Below, piece after piece: positions 54,401 to 64,000 of a stretch of 64,000 nucleotides of DNA. A program made the position numbers and the translations under genes. Under the pieces are notes generated by a model that ran no database searches, was not told the origin of the DNA, and saw nothing but the letters and a program-made list of their open reading frames with translations. Numbering within the stretch: the stretch's first letter is position 1; each line of letters begins with the position of its first letter. Source of the stretch: Octopus vulgaris (lineage: Eukaryota); assembly GCA_951406725.2 (NCBI GenBank), contig OX597823.1:70308001-70372000 (forward strand). Reading direction: 5' to 3'.

Positions 54401-55618
54401 ACTATTTCTAATACTTAAAGAAAATCTCTCTCATATAGTGTTTGCTTAATTCAACTCACAAAAGTTTGGGGTAAGGACATCAAAAAATCAAATGCAAAGG
54501 TTATTTGAGAACGTACGTTTCAAGATTAGTCAAAACGACACTTCTATCATCAGCTCAGAAACTCCTTGGTTTGGATTTGGAAACACTGAAAGTAAGAACA
54601 TACCCTTTCGGCTTCTCATCGCCTTCGAAGATCTGCTCGTAACTAACAGTGCCAACAAACTCAAATAAGCAAGCGAAGAATTTCTGTTCTCCCCTTTCCA
54701 CCAGCGTGGGTTAAAATCATCAAACACTATGCTTATTTCGGTAAAATCCGAAGCATTAATTAGAGGGAGATTAATTATAATTTCAACAATTGAGGGTAAA
54801 ATTAATTAATTATTAATCAATTTCACCAAGTGTTCAGTATGCAAAGGGACCATTTAAGGCGAATTCAAATTATTACATTATATAAAAGGGCTTAGTAAAA
54901 TAAATTACTTTGCCGCATACTGAACTCATTAGAAATAGCAGCCAAAAAACTTTTTTAAAACTATTTCTAATACTTAAAGAAAATCTCTCTCATATAGTGT
55001 TTGCTTAATTCAACTCACAAAAGTTTGGGGGTAAGGACATCAAAAAATCAAATGCAAAGGTTATTTGAGAACGTACGTTTCAAGATTAGTCAAAACGACA
55101 CTTCTATCATCAGCTCAGAAACTCCTTGGTTTGGATTTGGAAACACTGAAAGTAAGAACATACCCTTTCGGCTTCTCATCGCCTTCGAAGATCTGCTCGT
55201 AACTAACAGTGCCAACAAACTCAAATAAGCAAGCGAAGAATTTCTGTTCTCCCCTTTCCACCAGCGTGGGTTAAAATCATCAAACACTATGCTTATTTCG
55301 GTAAAATCCGAAGCATTAATTAGAGGGAGATTAATTATAATTTCAACAATTGAGGGTAAAATTAATTAATTATTAATCAATTTCACCAAGTGTTCAGTAT
55401 GCAAAGGGACCATTTAAGGCGAATTCAAATTATTACATTATATAAAAGGGCTTAGTAAAATAAATTACTTTGCCGCATACTGAACTCATTAGAAATAGCA
55501 GCCAAAAACTTTTTTAAAACTATTTCTAATACTTAAAGAAAATCTCTCTCATATAGTGTTTGCTTAATTCAACTCACAAAAGTTTGGGGGTAAGGACATC
55601 AAAAAATCAAATGCAAAG
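51422..55618 (-). repeat. Tandem array of about 560 bp units (7.5 copies), one hammerhead motif per unit; retrozyme-like
   Basis: Unit starts (atttcaacaattgag) at 51422, 51981, 52541, 53101, 53661, 54221, 54780 and 55340. Units differ at only a few positions. Confidence 0.95.
51707..51758 (-). ncRNA. Type-I hammerhead motif (unit 1 of the 560 bp array; repeated in each full unit)
   Basis: Minus strand reads TGAG-CTGATGA-tagaagtgtcgttttgactaatctt-GAAA-CGTACG-TT-CTCA. Stem III is palindromic (ACGTACGT), the triplet is GUU, and stem II is imperfect. Confidence 0.7.
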
Positions 55619-56052
55619 TTCGGATTTTACCGAAATAAGCATAGTGTTTGATGATTTTAACCCACGCTGGTGGAAAGGGGAGAACAGAAATTCTTCGCTT
55701 GCTTATTTGAGTTTGTTGGCACTGTTAGTTACGAGCAGATCTTCGAAGGCGATGAGAAGCCGAAAGGGTATGTTCTTACTTTCAGTGTTTCCAAATCCAA
55801 ACCAAGGAGTTTCTGAGCTGATGATAGAAGTGTCGTTTTGACTAATCTTGAAACGTACGTTCTCAAATAACCTTTGCATTTGATTTTTTGATGTCCTTAC
55901 CCCCAAACTTTTGTGAGTTGAATTAAGCAAACACTATATGAGAGAGATTTTCTTTAAGTATTAGAAATAGTTTTAAAAAAGTTTTTTGGCTGCTATTTCT
56001 AATGAGTTCAGTATGCGGCAAAGTAATTTATTTTACTAAGCCCTTTTATATA

Positions 56053-56054
<2 letters not shown>
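55619..56054 (+). repeat. Inverted partial copy (436 bp) of the 560 bp unit; HHR motif at 55814-55865 on the plus strand
   Basis: ttcggattttaccgaaataagc...cccttttatataat is the reverse complement of the unit; ORF 55703-55930(-) equals ORF 51642-51869(+). Confidence 0.95.
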
Positions 56055-56086
<32 letters not shown>

Positions 56087-56144
56087 GTATTAAAAAGTGG
56101 TTGTGGGATTAATACGTAGGATAGAGATCATGATATATATATAT

Positions 56145-56433
56145 CACTGTGACTAACCAGGCTATCAGATGTTGCTACACATCGCTGGTCACAACGCGCT
56201 TCGCATTGTTTTAGCCTTCAAATGACGCCACCCTGCTGGCTAAGCGAGTAGGTCAACAGAAGAAAGAGTGAGAGAAAGTTGTGGTGAAAGAGTACAGCAG
56301 GGATCGCCACCACCTCCTGCCAGAGCCTCGTGGAGCTTTTAAGTGTCTTTGCTCAATAAACACTCACAACGCCTGATTTGGGAATCGAAACTGCGACTCC
56401 GCTGCCCTAACCACTGGGCCGTTGTGCCTCCAC
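56145..56433 (-). mobile_element. tRNA-derived SINE
   Basis: Minus-strand head gtggaggcacaacggcccagtggttagggcagcgg...gtttcgattccc. Confidence 0.75.
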
Positions 56434-56932
56434 ATATATATTTAATAAAAAAAGTAAGGAAAAACACAAGAAAAAACAACAACACGTGGACATAGTACAT
56501 GCAAAGTATTAGCAGACATATGATAGTCTTCGTTCAGTTTTCAGTTTCTGTCTACCAAATCCAGACATGGTCTAAGGCTATTACTTCATGATGGTATATA
56601 TATGTAAATATATATGCTTATATTTCATATATTATATATATGTACATCTATATGTATATAAATATCTACATACATGTGTGTGCATATATATATTTATATA
56701 TATATATCATCATCATCATCAAAACGGACGTTAAACGATGATGATGATGATATATACATACAAACACATACACACAGACACAAACATACATTATGTGTGT
56801 GATACTTTCAACTGAGACATTACAATCGTTTCTGATTCTTCAGGTGCTTCAATTCTGTGTATGTACATATATTTACTGGATTGCTGACATTTGTTGATTG
56901 TTTTCCCCATTGTGTTGATGTGCCATTTTATA

Positions 56933-57229
56933 TCTTTATATATAAAAATGAAGTTGTGTGTGTGTCTGTCTACTCCGATTTAGATTCCTAACTACTCCCA
57001 CATTTTGCAGTGCAGTTTAACCAAAAGCGGGTATCTTATAGTCGTGATTCATATTGAGCCCTTCTGGGTATTACCGCGCGTCTATGATGAGTCTACGATT
57101 TAAAAAAAAATTTACCATAATTTTTCCGCATTTTTAATGTTTTTGCTCGGTTAAGGGAAGTAACTCTCTAAAAATGCTTATATAGTTATTTCCCTTACAA
57201 ACCCGAGCAACGCCGGGCAATACTGCTAG
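56933..57229 (+). mobile_element. Short non-autonomous Helitron (297 bp)
   Basis: 5' end A|TCTTTATATATAAAA...(TG)nTCTGTC. 3' hairpin cccg-agcaacgc-cggg then CTAG|T. Confidence 0.8.
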
Positions 57230-57679
57230 TCATTAATAAAACTGTTGGCATTTTAGCCAACATGGGTATGCTAATAAATAAATAAGTAACAACAGATGAA
57301 TAATGTGTCAATTCACTACAGCTGTTTCCAACAGATTTTTAATTGATTAATGGAGACATTACAACATTAGAAAAAAACTGTTTTCATCTTTTATCTTTTA
57401 ATTCAATTGAACAAGAGTTTTAGGGTAAAATGCAAAATATAAATGCAGTGCTCCAGCATGGCCACAGTCACATGACTGAAACATGTAAAAGAGTATATAA
57501 GGTCGCCCAGTTATTTATGTATTTACTTATTTAACAGCTTTGTATCAGCCTACTTTATTGACATAGGGATATGTGATAGAGACACAAAGTCTCAGATTCT
57601 GCTATAGGGTCAGGGTGGGTGGGTGGATAATAGTGGTCATCCTATCAATAAATAAATAAAGAGCATACAATAAAAAATA

Positions 57680-57935
57680 TGTGACCCATCAAGCTGAGTA
57701 AAATCGCAGTTGTGGCAGATATTGGTGTCACGCAACTGACACCCATGTTGGTGGCACATAAAAGCACCCAATACACTCTTGGAGTGGTTGGCTTTAGGGA
57801 AGGTATTCAGCCATAGAAACCATGCCAAATCAGACTGGATTCTGGTGCAGCCCACTCCCACCAGTTTGCCTGCCCTGGTCAAACCATGCAATCTATGCCA
57901 GCATGGACAATAGACATTAATTGATGATGATGATG
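57680..57935 (+). mobile_element. SINE (catcatc-ended family)
   Basis: aaaagcacccaatacactcttggagtggttgg...gatgatgatg. Confidence 0.7.
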
Positions 57936-58439
57936 CAAGCAAAAGGATAATAGTAAAAGAAAAATTATAATAAAAAAATTATTAAAAAATGGGGTTTATA
58001 ATTTTAAAAAAAGGGGGTTATATTGAAATGAAGGGGTTATTATAAAAGAATATGGATAATAATGACAGTGACTTTGTAAATAATATCGTAATAATTATAA
58101 ACATAATTAAAAAGTAAGGAATAGTATAATGGAATGAAGAAAAGTAAAATAAAATAAAATAAGGTAATATAATAGGATAATGTACAATAGCATACAATAG
58201 CATTTGTACAGATGAAGAAAAAATATAAAGAAATTGAAATAAAACCAGTCCTTTTTTCCCTTTTTCCTTCTCCTTCCTGTTACATGTGTATATGCACATG
58301 TACATATATACATATACACATACATATATACATACATATGTGCATATGGAGTCATACACACATGTAAACTCTTGTGTATATGTATATACATTCATACACG
58401 TATATACGTATACACATATATACATACATACATATATGT

Positions 58440-58738
58440 AAAAAGCACCATCTGAATGTGGCCGTCGCCAGTGCCGCCTTGACTGGCTTCCATGCTGGTG
58501 GCACATAAAAAGCACCAACCGATCGTGGCCATTGCCAGCCTGCCCTGGCCCCTGTACCGGTGGCACGTAAAAAGCACCCACTACACTCACGGAGTGGTTG
58601 GCATTAGGAAGGGCATCCAGCTGTAGAAACACTGCCAGATCAGATTAGAGCCTAGTGCAGCCTCCTGGCTTCCCAGATCTCGGTCGAACCGTCCAGCCCA
58701 TGCTAGCATGGAAAGCGGACGTTAAACGATGATGGTGA
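58440..58738 (+). mobile_element. SINE (catcatc-ended family)
   Basis: ggagtggttggcattaggaagggcatccagctgtagaaac...ggacgttaaacgatgatg. Confidence 0.8.
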
Positions 58739-59944
58739 TATGTATACGTATATGCATACATATGTGCATATGAAGTTATACACACAAGCACACATGTAAA
58801 ATTGTGTATATATGTATGTATATACATTCATATACATACATATATGTATATACACATATGTATATATGCATACACATACATATATATGTATACGCATATG
58901 TATATACATGCATACATATATTTGTATACACGTACATATGTGCATATGAAGTCATACTACCAAGCACACATGTTAGCTCATGTGTATATGCATGTATATA
59001 CATTCATACACATACTTACACACACACATGCAAGTAGGCAGCAGCAATGGATGCAAGTATTTGTAAAAGATACAACTTGGCGTGTTGTGTCGTGGGCGGG
59101 ATTCTTCAGAGCAGAGTAATCATGCCTGCACACGCACTTGTGTATGCATTTAAAAGCACACATGCACACATGTAGGCAGTCATCTTATAATAATTTTGCT
59201 TGTTTCTGCGTTACCTTGCCCATCTGTAATGCTGACACATGATTAGTTAATGGGGTGAGAGGGAGAGGGGGAGGTGAGTGAAATGTGTAATTTTTTAAGT
59301 GATTTTTTTCCTCCATTAGCCCATTTGTAAGGCTTTCATGTGATTAGTTGAAGGGAAAGATGAAGAGTGAAAGGAAAAGGAGAGAAAAAAGAAGGTAAGC
59401 CAAAGAGGGAGAGTGCTGTGTATTAAGTCTATAAAATTGTGCATAGAGTATATAGATGTATATATAAAGTGCATTAAGTAATCATCGTATTCCAGTTTCC
59501 TTCACTTTTCAATGATCAGCAGATGAGTGACAATCTTCTGATACAGACACAACACAGCCTACGCTTTCAGGTTATTTAGAGAAAGATTTCAGAAATAACC
59601 CACTAAGTTTACCATTAATTCCATGAAATATTCAGGGGTCCCAGTAGCAAATACATAAATATAAACACAAATATTTGTGCACACATACGTACGGATATAT
59701 ACATGCACTGCCACATAATGCATATACATGCATACATGCAAGCAAACTCACATACACATGAACATGCACGCATATATACATGAATGTGCACATGCACGCA
59801 TACACAGCCATACATGTGAGCGCACATGTACATGTACACACTGCCATACTGTGCTTACATAAGGCATTGCACACACACCATTTGTGTGCAAAAGGTATGT
59901 ATGATAATGAATTCATTTTTACAAATTTGTTATAATACTATATA

Positions 59945-60425
59945 TCATCATCATCATCATTTAACGTCCGCTTTCCATGCTAGCATGGGTTGGACGATTT
60001 GACCGAGGACTGGCGAACCAGATGGCTGCACCAGGCTCCAATCTGATCTGGCAGAGTTTCTACTGCTGGATGCCCTTCCTATCTCCAACCGCTCCGAGAG
60101 TGTAGTGGATGTTTTTACATGCCACCAGCACGAGAGCCAGTCAGGTAGTACTGGCAACAGTCACACTGAAATGGTGTTTTTTACGTGCCACCTGCACAAG
60201 GACCAGTCCAGCGGCACTGGCAACAACCTCGCTCGAATGTCTTTTCACGTGCCACCGGCACAAGTGCCTGTGAGGCAACACTGGTAATGATCATGCTCAA
60301 ATGGTGCTTTTTATGTGCTACTGGCATGGGAGCCAGTCAGCGGCCCTGGCAACGATCACGTTTGGATGGTGCTCTTAGTGTTCCACTAGCATGGATGCCA
60401 TTTATGTGGTGCTGTCATCAGCCAC
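59945..60425 (-). mobile_element. SINE (catcatc-ended family) with internal subrepeats
   Basis: catcatttaacgtccgctttccatgctagcatggg... followed by tandem ttttacgtgccacc units. Confidence 0.8.
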
Positions 60426-60635
60426 GTCAGTGAATTTGATTTTGATATAGATATATATATGTGTGTATGTGCATGTATGTATGTATGTATGTATGTATGT
60501 ATATATATATATATATATGTATGTAAATATATATATATATATATATATACATGTATATATGTATATATATATATATATATATACACACACGTGCATATAA
60601 ATATAAAGTATATAAATATATGCATGCATATAAAT

Positions 60636-60683
<48 letters not shown>

Positions 60684-60779
60684 GTGCATATAAATATAAA
60701 GTATATAAATATATGCATGCATATAAATATACATGTATATATGTGTATGTATGTATATATATATATATATATATATATA

Positions 60780-60906
60780 GGGAAAGTTTACAAAAAAAAC
60801 AAAAGATGAAGACAGGTGGTGTACAAAACAAACAGATGTATTAGTATAGCACTCAGGAATAGAAAAAGTATTTTACGTTTTGAGTCTACGCTCTTCTACA
60901 GAAAGG
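60780..60906 (-). repeat. Copy of the minimal-HHR short repeat (degenerate core)
   Basis: Minus strand ttCTGTAGAA-GAGcgtagaCTC-AAAACGTAaaa...ttcctgagtgct; similar to 5460-5590. Confidence 0.5.
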
Positions 60907-60919
60907 TACACAGAAAAAT

Positions 60920-61180
60920 TAAGAAATTTGCGTAAGTGGAAGTAGATGTCTTCAAAAAAGAACTAGACATCCTCCTTTCCAGAATACCAGATGAACCAAC
61001 AGCCCGACATGAGGTATAGTCGAGGGTAGCAGAATCAAACTCCCTTATACACCAAATGTAATACCAGCTGGGACAAAGGCACATACAAGAGTGGTGATGT
61101 AAAACACCCAGACTGTGGAAGTCAGAAAGACTGTGGTGATGCTCCAGCATGACCACGGCCGCATGGCTGAAACAAGGAAA
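60920..61180 (+). mobile_element. CR1/L2-group LINE 3' end fragment
   Basis: LRNLRKVEVDVFKKELDILLSRIPDEPT...AESNSL; homologous to 41700-41860. Confidence 0.75.
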
Positions 61181-61317
61181 AAGTAAAAAAAAAAGGAATA
61201 TATATTTATATATATCTATATGTATATATGTCTATGTATATAAATATATATATACATATGTATGTATGTATATATATATATTCTTTCTCTGTCTTCCTTT
61301 CTTTAGACTTTTTCTAT

Positions 61318-61352
61318 ATTTCTGATGAAGAGCTCCACTCGAAACATGAAAT
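61318..61352 (+). ncRNA. Minimal hammerhead motif with degenerate cleavage site
   Basis: attt-CTGATGA-A-GAG-ctcca-CTC-GAAAC-ATG-aaat; same repeat family as 5460. Confidence 0.45.
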
Positions 61353-61439
61353 TCTTTTTCTTTTCTTTCTTTTCCTGAGCATCCTGTAACACTGTACTTA
61401 TATATATATATATATTTATATGTATGTATATATATGAAC

Positions 61440-61790
61440 AGGTAACAAGGATGCTAGAGTTCTTTAATGCCAATAACCTGTTGTTCTGCAACACTGACTT
61501 CAGGAAACCTAGCAGCCACTGGTCACCTATGAATCTGGTGGGTGCACAAGCCATATTGACTATATTCTCATCAAGGAATGGGATAGGCAGATGTTTGTGA
61601 ATCTAAAATCTCTTTCCTGGTGAAAAATGTACAACTCAACATAGGCGATTAGTGATTTCAGAGCTAGAGGGATTCAGTGACACAAATCAAACTGAGAAAG
61701 GAAGATATGACAGCTTAAGGATCCTTCAGACAGTCAAAAATTTGGAGACATACTAATTAAGCATTTGATGGAAAGTGGGGGGAGAAGATA
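61440..61790 (+). mobile_element. RTE endonuclease-region remnant
   Basis: RMLEFFNANNLLFCNTDFRKPSSH, HIDYILI and CTTQHR. Confidence 0.6.
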
Positions 61791-62209
61791 ATTATGTACA
61801 ACATTGAGGAATTCTGTTAAGATGACATATGTGCAAGACTGGACCTAATTAATTTAAAATATTCCTGATATCTAAATGCTCAAGTTTAACTAGAGAGCTA
61901 CAATAAATTTCTTTTAAAAGAGACATAGCAATTATTTCAATTGCGCACATTTGTGACTGGATGTGCTTTTTCTTTGCTTTCAGTTTACTATTTTAACCAA
62001 ATATTGAAAAGCCTCTTGCATATTTTTGTATATATAAAACTACTCTGTTCTTTCCTCATGTAAGTTGCTTGGGTTTAATTTAAGGGAAATTTAGTTACTG
62101 TTTACTATAGGTTAAGTTATGGTGGTTTGTATAAGAGTTGTAAGTTAATAAGGAATGGTGTGACATAGTGGCTGGAAGAAATGACTGGCAATATTTTGAT
62201 TACCTAAAT

Positions 62210-62430
62210 CGGTGAGCTGGCAGAACTGTTAGCACACTTAGCAAAATGCTTAACAGTATTTTGTCTGGCTTTACATTTCTGAGTTCATATTCTGCTGAGG
62301 TCAGCTTTGCCTTTCATCCTTTCAGAGTTGATAAAATAAGTACCAATTGAGCACTGTAGTCAATGTAATAACTTAATAACTGTAGTCCACCCCCCAAATT
62401 GCTGGCTTTGTGCCAAAATTTGAAACCAAT
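62210..62430 (+). mobile_element. SINE (same family as 30678)
   Basis: ggtgagctggcagaactgttagc...gctttgcctttcatcctttc. Confidence 0.75.
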
Positions 62431-63563
62431 ATTTTGGTTACCTTCCCACCACCAAATGTGGGGAAAATATCTAATCTATGAAAAAAAGTTATATATTTTA
62501 TTAGAGGCTGAAACTTCTTCAGTCATTACCTAGGGTGTTACATTTCCAATTATTCAGTTGGTGAATGACAAACAGAATGACAATACCTAATGAAAAATAG
62601 GGGAAAAAAACTTATTGAAATATTATTAGTTAACAGCACAGAAATGCATTTTATCTATTTAATTCCATACACATAACTATTTTCAATCACTTCAGTACCA
62701 TGTACAAGAAACAGATAAGTATGGGAAATAACTTTTGTTGACTATATCAAATTCATTCTGACTTATATCAAATTTACATTTGCTACTTTTGCATTTTGGG
62801 ATTGGAAAGAAAATTATCTTTATGATCTTTAAGTGTAAAGTATGGATTCAAGTGCCACTAAAAATTCTACTTTACCATCTATTATTAGGCTGGTAGTTAA
62901 TTTTTTTTTTTTTTCCAAATTAATAACATGGAGTTGTTTTTGATATGTGTTAGTATTAATATCTGAAAGGAATCTATAGGATATGTAGTTATCACTTTCA
63001 TGTAAATTTTTAGATATGTTGAAAGAAACCTGGGTGTTTTTGACTGTTAAACCGTAAGGGTCGACAAAATGATATCCTTTTGATCTTTCTAAAACAGGAT
63101 TCTAGTCACTGCTCTGCTATAAATGCCCAACTTCAAGATTCTCAGAAATGAAACTGCCCCCCCCCTACACACTTCCTGAATAAGTTTTCAGCTATAGTTA
63201 AATCTATGCTCTGCTACTAATGGAGTTGTTGGGTTATCATTAATATCTTTTCCCTTCTATAGGAATATCATTAAAATCCTTTTCCTTCTGTATACCACTA
63301 CAATTTATTCCCTTCTCTGGGGATTATACTGCAGTGGTTCCGTCATTGCCTGGCTTAGGCTTATGCAAGGGTTTCCACTTAAAGGACTTATCAATTATGC
63401 TGTGTGGCATGAGTGCAAAATTGTACCACTGCTTGGGACCTTCATACTTTGAATTGATTTTTTTTGTTTTTTTTTTTGTTAGAATTAAAGTGTAATGCCT
63501 GTATCAAATTATGGACTATCATGATTTTTATATGATACCTTTTATTTTGTCTTCTCTTTGCAG

Positions 63564-63833
63564 AATTACCATCTGACTTCATTACATTATTTTCATCTAC
63601 TGGAAGAGACAGGTATTTCCATTTCCATCGGTCAGCTACGCTGGTACACAACATGTTTCAATCGAGTATTTATCCGTCTCGGTCAGTTCAAGCCTTTCTT
63701 CTTGCATATGTGGTTTTCATTTGGTGTTGCTTTTGGCTTGATTTCCATGGTGATATCTCTGTTTGTTCTCACTCTGATGGTTTTCAACACTTTAAGTCAA
63801 CAGCCTGTCGACCAGCAAGTATTAACACCAGTG
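63564..63833 (+). CDS. MBTPS2: Site-2 protease, exon 2
   Basis: Polypyrimidine tract plus CAG at 63561-63563. 90 codons NYHLTSLHYFHLLEETGISISIGQLRWYTTCFNRVF...WFSFGVAFGLISM...QQVLTPV (human [20 protein letters not shown]...WFNFGMVFGVIAM). Donor GTATGT at 63834; in frame with exon 1. Confidence 0.92.
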
Positions 63834-64000
63834 GTATGTTGTTTTGATTTATCAGATGATGGAAGTGGTTGTAGTGACATTGGTTTTTGTTGGTGTTGTT
63901 TAATCTTAAAATAATCTTCAGTCTTATAGGTTTGAGTATGAAAATTATTTAACAATTTTTTAAAATGATATGAAATATTTTCTAGCTTTCTTGGCTCATT

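Noticed and set aside
43024-55618. CRISPR, rDNA, 5S or snRNA interpretation of the arrays
   Set aside because: No unique spacers, and no recognisable 5S, tRNA, snRNA or SL sequence in either unit.
51642-55930. Repeated 75 aa and 65 aa ORFs in the 560 bp array (toxin-antitoxin-like appearance)
   Set aside because: Non-ATG starts, overlapping antisense arrangement, no recognisable domain and a frameshift in unit 6; better explained as a non-coding RNA repeat.

Overview
Eukaryotic, very AT-rich, repeat-saturated DNA. The (TA/CA)n seas, SINE families and RTE, CR1-type, Penelope and mariner remnants look like a coleoid cephalopod (Octopus-like) genome; this assignment is an inference. Nearly all ORF-track entries are microsatellite or repeat artefacts. 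Two host genes point away from each other. One is the first coding exon of a SYAP1/Sap47 homologue (minus strand, 17241-16737). The other is exons 1 and 2 of MBTPS2, the site-2 protease (plus strand, 39812-39886 and 63564-63833), separated by a 23.7 kb intron. The rest is decayed LINEs (CR1/L2-group, RTE, R4/Dong), Tc1/mariner and hAT derivatives, two non-autonomous Helitrons, SINEs and several large palindromes. The most striking feature is a cluster of hammerhead-ribozyme (HHR) motifs, mostly in MBTPS2 intron 1. Two near-identical tandem arrays (about 397 bp x 6.6 and about 560 bp x 7.5 plus an inverted terminal copy) each carry one type-I HHR per unit with a palindromic stem III. They share terminal and structural motifs, both sit in (TA)n, and they flank a decayed Penelope-like (Naiad-type) element that has its own HHR. 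This looks like a retrozyme-type, non-coding, ribozyme-processed retroelement system. Self-cleavage and expression are untested inferences.
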